From the NCBI GenBank assembly GCA_945872615.1, contig CAMBZZ010000005.1, positions 10,855 through 74,854 on the forward strand: 64,000 bases of DNA, in the 5' to 3' direction. The notes beneath the pieces were generated by a model, which was not told where the DNA came from, did no database searches, and saw only the letters and a list, made by a program, of their open reading frames with translations. Source of the stretch: an uncultured Clostridia bacterium (GTDB lineage: Bacteria; Bacillota; Clostridia; Christensenellales; UBA3700). The stretch's first letter is position 1; each line of letters begins with the position of its first letter. Both the position numbers and the translations under genes were made by a program. Of the stretch, positions 32,115 to 41,035 are shown piece by piece.

Positions 32115-33065
32115 TTAGTCGTTAGACTTAGGTTGGTTTATCACCACTTGAGGGAACGGTATATTAATATCGTTGTCGTCGAAGACTAGTTTGATTTCTC
32201 TATTCATATCGCGTTGCACTTGGAAGACGTCTTCTTCTTTGCACTTGGCAATGAGCAAAAGGTTGACGCTCGACTCGCCTAGCGCGCTGACGCCCTTATA
32301 GTAAGGACCTTCGATGATAGCGGGGATATTGTTTTTGATTGTATCGAGGTTGTTTTTGATGACCTCTTCCACCTTAGGTATCGAAGCGCCGTACTCTATG
32401 GCGACTTCGCATTTTGCTACGGAAATCTCTTGCGTTTGGTTGATGATAGAGGTGATTTGACTGTTGTTGACGATGTTGACGTTGCCGCCCGCGTCGACTA
32501 TTTTCGTCGTGCGAATGCCCACCTCTTGCACGGTACCGCGCCAACCGTTGATTACGACTATGTCGCCCACTTCGAACTCACCCTCAAAGACGATAAACAT
32601 GCCCGCAACTATGTCGGACACCAGGCTCTGCGCACCGAGACCTATGACGAGGGTCAATATTCCCGCGCCGGCAAGGAGTGTCGCCGTATTGACGCCCCAT
32701 GCGCCGAGCACAAGCATAAGGGTCACGAGTGCAATAAGCCACTTGAGGAAGTTGACGAGCAACTTGTGTATCGTGATAGCCCTCTTGGTGTCGGCGAAAC
32801 TCTTACGCATAATGTATTTGATTAGCCAATACACCACTATAGCAAACGCGATTATCTGTACGCTCTTTATCATAGCGGGTATTTTGTTAAACACCTTGTT
32901 GACAAAGTCGTTGCCGCTTATCGCTTGATTAAACACGGAATCTTCGCCGAAAAGTTGGTTGGAGAACACTCCCATCAATACGGTAAGCGTCAGAGCAAGC
33001 ACCAAAACGAGAATTTGAATCGTTCTTTTGGTGAGTTTTTTCATAGGTCTTTTTATTTTTTTCAT
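32115..33065 (-). CDS. Small-conductance mechanosensitive channel (MscS family)
   Basis: GLGAQSLVSDIVAG, FEVGD, GTVQEVGIRTT, IPFPQ. Confidence 0.95.
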   Translation of the reverse strand: MKKIKRPMKKLTKRTIQILVLVLALTLTVLMGVFSNQLFGEDSVFNQAISGNDFVNKVFNKIPAMIKSVQIIAFAIVVYWLIKYIMRKSFADTKRAITIHKLLVNFLKWLIALVTLMLVLGAWGVNTATLLAGAGILTLVIGLGAQSLVSDIVAGMFIVFEGEFEVGDIVVINGWRGTVQEVGIRTTKIVDAGGNVNIVNNSQITSIINQTQEISVAKCEVAIEYGASIPKVEEVIKNNLDTIKNNIPAIIEGPYYKGVSALGESSVNLLLIAKCKEEDVFQVQRDMNREIKLVFDDNDINIPFPQVVINQPKSND

Positions 33066-33074
33066 AATATTTCC

Positions 33075-33551
33075 TTACTTTCGTTTTGTTTTTATTTTTT
33101 GTTTGGTCAAGAGTTTTTGGGAGGCTCCGTCGCCCATATACACGGCAACGGTATATTCCATACCTTCTTTTAGATTGTCGAAGCTTCCGCTATTCTCTCC
33201 GCCCTCTATAGTAGTTTTGCGATGAGTAAAATCGTTGTACGCTTCCACGGTCAAGTCGTTTGCATCTCCCTCGACGTTGACGACCCATTCTATTTGGGTA
33301 TCGGTAGAATTGAGAGAAGCAATATAAGCCTCCACCTCGGCATCGGAAGAGGTGGCTACTCCGCCGCCAATCAACAGCGCCGAAATGGCTAGCAGCGTGC
33401 TTGTTGCTATCGTGCCGCTCTTCTTAATCGCCCTATATCTGCCGTTATCGTTAAATTCGACGGGTTCGGGAGTTGTAGTCGGAGCGTTATATTCTTCTTT
33501 TGGGACTTCGACGGGTTTGACCGTCGTGTCGATTTCGTTAAACTCTTGCAT
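33075..33551 (-). CDS. Single-TM protein with putative fibronectin type III-like domain
   Basis: Hydrophilic N-terminus, one TM helix, then a beta-rich region ending FDNLKEGMEYTVAV (FnIII-like L.PG..Y.V.V). Confidence 0.5.
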   Translation of the reverse strand: MQEFNEIDTTVKPVEVPKEEYNAPTTTPEPVEFNDNGRYRAIKKSGTIATSTLLAISALLIGGGVATSSDAEVEAYIASLNSTDTQIEWVVNVEGDANDLTVEAYNDFTHRKTTIEGGENSGSFDNLKEGMEYTVAVYMGDGASQKLLTKQKIKTKRK

Positions 33552-33661
33552 ATCGGTCGTTAGATAATTTTTCTCGCTAAGTCTTTTTGATTATTATATC
33601 ACACGTTACGCTTTTTACAATCGATTTTACGTTATCTACCCAAGACGCAATCTTCTCTAGC

Positions 33662-33691
33662 AAAAAAAAGGCGGACAATCGTCCGCCCCTT
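33662..33691 (-). terminator. Intrinsic terminator
   Basis: GGCGGAC-aatc-GTCCGCC stem followed by a U7 tract on the minus strand. Confidence 0.8.
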
Positions 33692-33708
33692 CTAATTAGA
33701 TTGTTCTA

Positions 33709-35145
33709 TTAAGCCATTGCGGCTTTTCTCTCTTGTTGCTTGGCTTGTAGATAAGCTATAGCCTCGTCTTTCGCTTGTTCTATCTTAGCGTTAAAGTCGG
33801 CTTGCGCTTGGTCTATCGTCGCTTTTGCGTCCGTTTGAGCATTAGCAATCTCGGCTTTTTCTTCATCTGTCAGGTTGCCGTCCATTGCGATTTTCGTGTC
33901 ATCTTTTGCCTTGATTACGTCGGCAAGCAAAGCTTTGTAGCTATCTACGTCCGTCAACTTGTTGACGTCAATGCCCTCAATCCAATCTCCGAGTTTTTCC
34001 ACGGCTACTTTGAGATTGCCGTATGCCGAAGCGTCGTCTTCCATCATAGCTTGCTCGGCTTGCTCTTCCGCCGCACTCAAGCCCGCTTTGATTTGCTCGA
34101 GCTTGGCGAGCACTACTTGTTTATCGGCTTCGGAGGCATTTTTGACTAGTTTGTCACAGTATGCGTCAATGCTCTCCACCGTCACTTTACCGTCTTGATT
34201 TTGCAGCTCTTCTACTTCTACGCCCAAAATCGTGGCAATATCGCTCGCAACCGTTGCGCTTACTTCGAGTTCTCCGATTTGCTCGGCTATATAGATTGCG
34301 CCTTGCAAGGCATATTGCGCCGTGGTAAGCCCTAAGAGTTTCGTACCCATCCAAGTAGCATTTGCCGCCGCGCTTACCTTATCAAGTCCGCTTGCCTTAG
34401 CCGTCATCATTTCGATATATTTGGCGTTGAAAATGCCAAAGTTTGCCGTATCTTTAGCAAGATCGAATGCTACGCTCGCAGAATCATATACCGCTTGATA
34501 AGCCGCAGTCGCATAGACGGATATTCTGTTCTCCCCGCTCTCGCATATCTCAATCAATTCACCGTTGTCCATAGACACGGCAGTCTCCAGGTCCAAAGAC
34601 GCGTCGTACGCGCACGCGCCTAGTGCCAAGGCGAATTTAGATGCGGTAACGCCCGCATAATTTGGGTTGTTTTGTTTGAATTCCTCCCACTTTCTCGCTA
34701 CCGAGAAAGGAATATCGGTACTTATATTCAGAGAAATGTCAGTCTTGACGTTGCCTATGGCGGCGGTAACCTTGGTCTCGATACTGTTCTCTAAGGTCGT
34801 CGTTTCTCCCGCTACGCTGACGGAGATTCCGCTGTTGTCGTCGGTGATATAGCCGTATTCTATAGCCAAATCGACTATTTTAGTCGTGGCACTTTCAACG
34901 CTAGCGTTGATAAGTCCCTCTTCTCCGCACAACATTATTTGAGCGTCCTCGTTCTTTGCCGCAATGCTAACTACCCTGTCTTCGCTGTCGACAACCATCT
35001 CTATAGAGGGATTGATATTCAGCGATACCAAAGCCTTGTCGGTCTCTTGAGGCAAAGTATTATTATTGTTGCAACCCACGAAAGCTATCGTTGAGCATAC
35101 CGTTATAATTGCAACTACCAATGCCAAAAATCTAAATCTTTTCAT
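33709..35145 (-). CDS. Lipoprotein with RsgI-like (anti-sigma-I) extracellular domain and helical C-terminus
   Basis: Signal peptide with lipobox FVGC; VSLNINPSIEMVVDSEDRVVSIAAKNEDA matches the RsgI periplasmic domain pattern; SD AGGAGG, start MKRFRF. Confidence 0.65.
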   Translation of the reverse strand: MKRFRFLALVVAIITVCSTIAFVGCNNNNTLPQETDKALVSLNINPSIEMVVDSEDRVVSIAAKNEDAQIMLCGEEGLINASVESATTKIVDLAIEYGYITDDNSGISVSVAGETTTLENSIETKVTAAIGNVKTDISLNISTDIPFSVARKWEEFKQNNPNYAGVTASKFALALGACAYDASLDLETAVSMDNGELIEICESGENRISVYATAAYQAVYDSASVAFDLAKDTANFGIFNAKYIEMMTAKASGLDKVSAAANATWMGTKLLGLTTAQYALQGAIYIAEQIGELEVSATVASDIATILGVEVEELQNQDGKVTVESIDAYCDKLVKNASEADKQVVLAKLEQIKAGLSAAEEQAEQAMMEDDASAYGNLKVAVEKLGDWIEGIDVNKLTDVDSYKALLADVIKAKDDTKIAMDGNLTDEEKAEIANAQTDAKATIDQAQADFNAKIEQAKDEAIAYLQAKQQERKAAMA

Positions 35146-35362
35146 GTTTACCTCCTTTGGCAATATTATATCGTCTTCACCAATAATGTAGCACCAAACC
35201 CAAAAAATGTAAATATAATCGAGCACAAATTTCAAATTTTGTTCAAATTTTACATTGCTTCAATCGTTATATGGCAATACAATCTAATAGGCTAAAAAAG
35301 AACGCGCCAATTAGATTAGCACGTTCTATTTTAGTATTTTGACAGATATTACTGTCAAAAAA

Positions 35363-36271
35363 TCAAAGTTTGTTGCCGCAAGACGGACAAAAGGCGTCTT
35401 TTGCATTGACTTTTTTGCCGCACTTTGGACACACTTTTCCGTTATTATATATGTTGATAGTAGTGTCGTCCGCCATTGCCTTTCCTACCGTTTCGATAGT
35501 TTCCATAGTGCGCTTATGGCTGTCGGAGATATTCTTCTGCAGTTTATCTTCTTCCTTTTCAAAGCTACTTCCTCTCAACTCAAGCCTACGCTTTGCTTCT
35601 AAGTCGGCTGCGAGTTTTTCCATTGCCGCTCTATCGGCGTAGTGTGGCGGCTCTATCGTAAATACGCTGACGGCTACGCCGTATTCTTCTTGTAGCATAT
35701 TGCTAAGGCTACTCTTGATATTGGCGGTAATGTCCAAGATATGCGTAGCATATTCCACGTATGATATTCTCGCGCTTATCATCACGTCGGCGGTTACTTT
35801 GATGACGTGCGTAGCAATAAAATCGGTAAAGTATTCATCCACGTCTTTGACTGTCAAAGAGCTTTTGCTTCCCACCATTGCGGAGACAAACTTGTCCACG
35901 TTCCCCACCTTGATTTTTGCCGAGCCTCTAAATGCCATGCGGATAGGCATCTGTAAGATGCTGTCCATATAGTCGTACTGCTCCGTGCCCCATAGAATCG
36001 TCACTATTTCTTCACAGTTGACGTAGCATACCTTGGCGTTGACTTGTTGCAGTTGATTGCCAAACCTAATCTCGTGCAGACCTGCGCCGAGACTTTGCTT
36101 GCCCACACCTTCCACGTCGGTTATCGCAACGAATCTATCCGGCACCGATACGTAAGTCGTCGTGTCCGTATCTAGTCCCGTCAGTTTGTCCACCGTCACG
36201 ATATTACTTTGCGATTGCTCCGACATTCTAATCGTCTTTGCAGATTTTTCTTTCTTTTTCCAAAAGCACAT
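35363..36271 (-). CDS. SPFH/Band-7 (YdjI-like) protein with C-terminal zinc ribbon
   Basis: GAGLH, YVN..ILWGT..Y.D..L..PIRM.FRG...KV (YdjI-type SPFH); C-terminal CPKCG..DAFCPSCGNKL. Confidence 0.8.
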   Translation of the reverse strand: MCFWKKKEKSAKTIRMSEQSQSNIVTVDKLTGLDTDTTTYVSVPDRFVAITDVEGVGKQSLGAGLHEIRFGNQLQQVNAKVCYVNCEEIVTILWGTEQYDYMDSILQMPIRMAFRGSAKIKVGNVDKFVSAMVGSKSSLTVKDVDEYFTDFIATHVIKVTADVMISARISYVEYATHILDITANIKSSLSNMLQEEYGVAVSVFTIEPPHYADRAAMEKLAADLEAKRRLELRGSSFEKEEDKLQKNISDSHKRTMETIETVGKAMADDTTINIYNNGKVCPKCGKKVNAKDAFCPSCGNKL

Positions 36272-36285
36272 AATTACCTCCTTAT

Positions 36286-38451
36286 CTACTTATACAATAT
36301 TTCATTTAATTTCTTTTCACTTATTTCTAACTCATCTATTTCATCTTGAATATACGACAAGTGACTATTTAAAAAATCAATATAACCATTTTTTTTACGT
36401 GCTTCAATTCTTAATTCTCTTCTCTCTCGAATTAATGATATTTCTAAAGTAAAAACAATAAATATGTACAATAATGGCAATATTGGTTTACATATTATCT
36501 CACCAAATAATTCATCTATTCCACCAAGATGTATTGCCAACAATACAACACGTGCAAAGAAAGAAAAAAACAAAAGAAATATACTGACAAAAAACGCAAC
36601 AGAGGAGTAAACAGGTCCGATCATAGTAAGTATAAGTACTATTGCACTTAACAGTAAACATGAAGTAAAAATAAAACTAGATTGTATTAATCGATTATAT
36701 TTTTTTATTTCTTTATTTTTATTTTTATAATCTTTTTCTTGGGTAAGAATATTTTTCTTCTCATCTTCTAAATCCGCACTTTTAGAACTAATCCTCTCTT
36801 TTAAAGACTTAATTCTCTGTTGCACTAATTCTGTATATATATTGTCTCTCTTATCCACCAAGCAGTTTACCAAATTGTGATATTCCGGCGTTTCTACTAT
36901 TACTCCCATATCGGTTATCCCTCTCCCTTTACATTCTATAAGAGTAGACCAACATATTTGATACGTAGGATATTCTGCCACAAGGTTTTGAGCAAAAGGC
37001 AAAGCTTCTTTATACATATCCTCACACAACATCGAGTTTATATTCGATATTTTATCCTGTGCCTTACAATTCTCTGTACATACGGAGATAATCTTGTTAT
37101 AGTATTTCTTTTCTTCCGCATTGCAATTCTTCAAAACGAGTTTCATCCATTCACAGTCCAAATCTATTGCAAAGTCCATCAACTGCGCTTCGTCAACGAT
37201 ACGCCATTTAGCATCGCCGTACATTCCGCTATATATATCCCACAAATAATCTTCCGCCCATAGAAGCAGGCAAGCTCTGGCGGCTTCATAATCTGTAGGA
37301 GCAAACTTCTGCAATTCTTCAAAGCACTCGTCGTGTGCTTTTTTTATATCACCGTCTGTCTTATTATAATACAATTTTAGGTGTCCCAATGCCTCTCTCT
37401 TCTTTTTGTCGGCAACAAGTTGTTCTGGTGTAAGATCCACCTTTACCTTTTCTCTTGCGGTGCGGGCTAGTTCACGCATTTTTTCAAACTCTTCGAAGCG
37501 CTTTTTAGCCACGTCGCTGACGTTAACTTTTGTGATGGAGTTATCTGTATTTTCCACGTTTTCAAAGGCGGTTTTCAAATAACTTCTTACCTTGTCCCAC
37601 CAATCCATATCGTCGTGGCGGATTGCTTGCTCTGCTCTCAATGTAGTTGGCAAGGTTTCGGGAGCGACGTTAGAGCCGAGAATCGTCTTAAAGGACTTGA
37701 TTGGGTTGTCTTTGACCAAGTTTACAAATCTAGACCATTCGTTTTTTACCCACACTGCGTTGATATGTTCCAATGACGTACCTAGTATGAGCATTACTTT
37801 GGCGCTGTTGAGTGCCGAAAAGATATTGACTTCATACGCTCCCGCCTTGTCTGCAAGAGACTCTTCGGCATAAAAGACCTTGTAGCCGTAACCTGTCAGT
37901 TTGTAATACAAATCGCGCGCCCACTTACTCTCTTCCGTCGGGGTTGTGCCGTCTTCTTCGTTTTGCTTGTAACATATAAATATGTCGTAACTCTGCATTT
38001 TGCCCGACATGCTCAACAACTGTTTGCGCACCTTTTCTATGCTCTCGCCAAGTTTTTTGTACTCGGCACTTTCACTAGGCGTAGCGTCCTTGACTGCATT
38101 GTTGAAGTTGATATTGTCCTTGACAGCAATATTCTGCACTCTATGGCACAGCGTAGGCTTGTACTCGTTGTCTACTTTGTCTTTGACAAATTCTATGCCG
38201 TACTCCGACAAAAACATACCCCAATGAGCCTCGGCGCAAGTATTGTCCAAAGCTATAGCTCTCTCATACTCTTCCATAGCTCCCGCAAAGTCTTTGCGAT
38301 ACCTCAGCTTAGCACCCATATTGAGCGCAAACATCAACTCGCCATTGGTAGACTTGACGTAAGATTCCTTTTTGCAGTACCTACAACGATAGTGCCCTTC
38401 GGCAACAATTTCCATTTCCCCACCACAGTTTGGGCATTGCAAAATGTTCAT
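36286..38451 (-). CDS. Zn-ribbon/TPR/TIR-domain membrane protein
   Basis: N-terminal CPNCGG..CRYC; TPR-like helix pair (AEAHWG); TIR domain YDIFICYK..KVFYAEESL..IFSALNSAKVML..WVKNEWSRF; coiled coils and 2-3 C-terminal TM helices. Confidence 0.85.
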   Translation of the reverse strand: MNILQCPNCGGEMEIVAEGHYRCRYCKKESYVKSTNGELMFALNMGAKLRYRKDFAGAMEEYERAIALDNTCAEAHWGMFLSEYGIEFVKDKVDNEYKPTLCHRVQNIAVKDNINFNNAVKDATPSESAEYKKLGESIEKVRKQLLSMSGKMQSYDIFICYKQNEEDGTTPTEESKWARDLYYKLTGYGYKVFYAEESLADKAGAYEVNIFSALNSAKVMLILGTSLEHINAVWVKNEWSRFVNLVKDNPIKSFKTILGSNVAPETLPTTLRAEQAIRHDDMDWWDKVRSYLKTAFENVENTDNSITKVNVSDVAKKRFEEFEKMRELARTAREKVKVDLTPEQLVADKKKREALGHLKLYYNKTDGDIKKAHDECFEELQKFAPTDYEAARACLLLWAEDYLWDIYSGMYGDAKWRIVDEAQLMDFAIDLDCEWMKLVLKNCNAEEKKYYNKIISVCTENCKAQDKISNINSMLCEDMYKEALPFAQNLVAEYPTYQICWSTLIECKGRGITDMGVIVETPEYHNLVNCLVDKRDNIYTELVQQRIKSLKERISSKSADLEDEKKNILTQEKDYKNKNKEIKKYNRLIQSSFIFTSCLLLSAIVLILTMIGPVYSSVAFFVSIFLLFFSFFARVVLLAIHLGGIDELFGEIICKPILPLLYIFIVFTLEISLIRERRELRIEARKKNGYIDFLNSHLSYIQDEIDELEISEKKLNEILYK

Positions 38452-38495
38452 AATTTCCTCCTTAGAATTTACTTTTTAAGTAATAATTTATTACC

Positions 38496-38534
38496 TAATG
38501 TATACATTATATAATGTAAATGTCTACAAGTCAA
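38496..38534 (-). promoter_or_regulatory. sigma-A promoter of the TIR operon overlapped by palindromic operator-like sites
   Basis: TTGACT-17bp-TATAAT on the minus strand; perfect palindromes TAATGTATACATTA (38496-38509) and TACATTATATAATGTA (38503-38518). Confidence 0.65.
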
Positions 38535-38578
38535 TAGGTTTTCGACTTTATAATGAAAAATCAGCGGAGGAATTGATA

Positions 38579-38785
38579 ATGCAATTAAGAATACTTGAGA
38601 TACTCAAAGAAAAAGGTAAAACAAAATATTGGCTGTACAATCAAATGGGACTAAGCTATCAAAACTTCAATAAAATAGTCAACAACCAAACGGGCAGTAT
38701 CAAGTTTGAAAATCTAAAAGCTCTTTGCGACATTCTCGAATGTACTCCCAACGACTTATTTACCGAGTATCACAACAAAAAATAG
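38579..38785 (+). CDS. XRE/Cro-C1 family HTH transcriptional regulator
   Basis: 68 aa, LRILEILKEKGKTKYWL..IKFENLKALCDILECTPNDLF; SD GGAGG; divergent from the TIR operon. Confidence 0.9.
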   Translation: MQLRILEILKEKGKTKYWLYNQMGLSYQNFNKIVNNQTGSIKFENLKALCDILECTPNDLFTEYHNKK

Positions 38786-38925
38786 TTTTAGCTCCGAATT
38801 CGGAGCTAATTTATTTATCAATTCGTCAGTTAATTTTCACGTATTCAAATCCTAATACGACCAATCCATCCCACGATTATTAAATTCTATTCAAGAAAAA
38901 GATTGAAAATATTGTCGCTATTGAG

Positions 38926-38954
38926 TTGACAAAGGCACGAGTTTGGTTTATTAT
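38926..38954 (+). promoter_or_regulatory. sigma-A promoter for tRNA-Leu
   Basis: TTGACA-17bp-TATTAT. Confidence 0.75.
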
Positions 38955-38971
38955 ACTATTGCTAAATAAAT

Positions 38972-39054
38972 GCGGACATGGCGGAATTGGCAGACGCGTA
39001 CGTTTGAGGGGCGTATGGGAGACCGTCCGGGTTCAAGTCCCGGTGCCCGCACCA
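38972..39054 (+). tRNA. tRNA-Leu(GAG)
   Basis: Acceptor GCGGACA/TGCCCGC, D-arm GGCGGAATTGGCAGACGC, anticodon loop TTGAGGG, long variable arm, GTTCAAGTC T-loop, encoded CCA. Confidence 0.96.
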
Positions 39055-39057
39055 CAC

Positions 39058-39091
39058 AAAAAATAGGAGCAAGCATTGCTCCTATTTTTTG
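39058..39091 (+). terminator. Bidirectional terminator after tRNA-Leu
   Basis: AAAAAATAGGAGCAA-gca-TTGCTCCTATTTTTT. Confidence 0.85.
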
Positions 39092-39158
39092 TGGTGTAGG
39101 CACACATAGAGTTGAGCCTAACGAGCATAGCGAGTGTAGTAAAATTGAGGAATAAATT

Positions 39159-39752
39159 ATGAAAAAAGTTATTGTTTATATTCACGGAAAAGGCGGAAAC
39201 GCCCAAGAAGCCGAGCATTATAAAAATCTTTTCCGAAGTTGCGACGTGATAGGTTTTGACTATCGCTCAAGTACGCCTTGGGACACCAAACAAGAATTTT
39301 CAGAATATTTCGACAATATGAGCAAAGATTACGACTCCGTAAGCATAATCGCCAACAGTATAGGAGCGTACTTTTGTATCAACGCTTTGAGTGACAAAAA
39401 GATACAAAAAGCATATTTCATCTCCCCTATCGTCAATATGGAACAACTTATCTTGGATATGATGCAGTGGGCTAACGTTACGGAAAGTGATTTGCAATCA
39501 CAAAAACTTATAGCAACGACTTTTGGCGAAACTCTATCTTGGAAATACCTCGTTTGGGTAAGAAACCACCCTATAAACTGGAAAATTCCTACAAAAATAC
39601 TCTATGGAAGTAAAGACCACTTACAATCGATTGACACGATTAAGTCCTTTGCCAAGCAATTCGGGGCGAGCGTTTGCGTTATGGAAAATGGGGAACACTG
39701 GTTCCATACCAAGGAACAAATGGACTTTTTGGATAATTGGATTAGTAGATAA
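39159..39752 (+). CDS. Alpha/beta hydrolase
   Basis: YIHGKGG, nucleophile elbow ANSIG, YGSKD, GEHWFH. Confidence 0.85.
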   Translation: MKKVIVYIHGKGGNAQEAEHYKNLFRSCDVIGFDYRSSTPWDTKQEFSEYFDNMSKDYDSVSIIANSIGAYFCINALSDKKIQKAYFISPIVNMEQLILDMMQWANVTESDLQSQKLIATTFGETLSWKYLVWVRNHPINWKIPTKILYGSKDHLQSIDTIKSFAKQFGASVCVMENGEHWFHTKEQMDFLDNWISR

Positions 39753-39834
39753 AACAGTTGTCACGACTTTGCATTTGCTTTTGCCGTAGGTACCCCCCCA
39801 CTTGCCCGCTATCCTTTATTATTCGAGCCAACTC

Positions 39835-40038
39835 CTATTTTCTTTCAAAGTTGACCGTTTGGTTTTTCATAGAAATTTTGCTCACCGAAAAGCCGTAGTC
39901 CGACAGTTCTTTTTTATAGCTCAAAAAAGAATGGTCGATAGGCATACCCGAGATTTTTTCTATCTCGGCAAAAGTCAGTACGAGCTTGTCTCTATTTTGT
40001 TCGCTTATAAATTCCCAAAGTCGTTGATATTTACTCAT
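39835..40038 (-). CDS. Small conserved hypothetical protein (SKY..L..LTFAEIE family)
   Basis: 67 aa ORF whose pattern MSKYQRLWEFI..LVLTFAEIEKISG..DHSFL..KKEL..YGF.V.KISMK...V.F resembles a small uncharacterised family. Confidence 0.7.
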   Translation of the reverse strand: MSKYQRLWEFISEQNRDKLVLTFAEIEKISGMPIDHSFLSYKKELSDYGFSVSKISMKNQTVNFERK

Positions 40039-40117
40039 ATCGTTTAGATTAGTTTATATGCTTATAGTTTCTATGAATTACAAAGTTTAATCGATATTTT
40101 TTATATCGAAAATAGTC

Positions 40118-40855
40118 TTATCGACGATTATTTCTTCTGCCGAACAATGTCAGCACGTACACGAAGAAACGCAAGAAATACAAAAGTGAAACCAATGAGG
40201 AAGCAAGATAAGTCATAGCCGCGGCGCTTAGCACCTTACTTGCTCCTTGCACTTCGTCTTCGTTCAATATACCTTCTTCGACTAGCATTTTCTTAGCCCT
40301 TCGGCTCGCGTTGAATTCTACCGGCAAAGTAATCAAAGTAAACAAAAACGACCCGCCGTAGAGAATAACGCCCACCATAGCGATATAAAAGCCTATGCTA
40401 GCGGTTGTCGACGATATAATCAAGTCGATGACCAAGCCGATCAGCACGAGCGGAAGCGACAATCGAGTTCCGAAATTGACTACGGGTACTAGAGCCGTTC
40501 TGATTTTGTAAAAAACATACCCCTTGCGCTCCTGAAGCACGTGTCCCATTTCGTGTGCCGCAACTGCAACCGCCGCAACGGAATTGCTACCGTAAGTGCT
40601 ATCGGATAGATTTATCATTCTCGCCTTGGGGTTGAAGTTGTCGGACAACTTTCCGCTTATGCGCCCAATGGAAATATCGTATATATCGTTGCTTTTCATC
40701 AAGCGCACGACGGCGTCGTAGCCCGTCATATTGGAGGAAGTGGGCACGGTATCGTATCGGGCAAACGTTTTGTTTACCCTACTGTTCGCTATGAAGCAAA
40801 TAATCATACATACCCCAAGCGCACCCAAAAACCAAAAATAATCTTGCAAATACAT
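40118..40855 (-). CDS. Membrane neutral zinc metallopeptidase (YugP-like)
   Basis: AVAAHEMGH, ITLPVEFNASRRA, VLSAAAMTY; SD AAGGAG. Confidence 0.9.
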   Translation of the reverse strand: MYLQDYFWFLGALGVCMIICFIANSRVNKTFARYDTVPTSSNMTGYDAVVRLMKSNDIYDISIGRISGKLSDNFNPKARMINLSDSTYGSNSVAAVAVAAHEMGHVLQERKGYVFYKIRTALVPVVNFGTRLSLPLVLIGLVIDLIISSTTASIGFYIAMVGVILYGGSFLFTLITLPVEFNASRRAKKMLVEEGILNEDEVQGASKVLSAAAMTYLASSLVSLLYFLRFFVYVLTLFGRRNNRR

Positions 40856-41035
40856 ATCAATTCTCCTTATTTTCCGCAATCTACCAACGCATTCAAACCA
40901 CTAGGTTTCTATTATATTTTGGCTAGATTTATAAGTTTCATAATAGGCTATCGATTAAGTATAATATTTTCTACGACAAAGCTCAATATTTCTCTAGTCA
41001 ACTTTACACAAATTTTGCTTATATACAACGTCGCT

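Noticed and set aside
38972-39100. tRNA-anchored integrative element
   Set aside because: No integrase and no direct-repeat copy of the tRNA 3' end found in the window.
38970-39218. Short ORFs 38970-39155 and 39033-39218
   Set aside because: They overlap the tRNA-Leu gene and its terminator; spurious.
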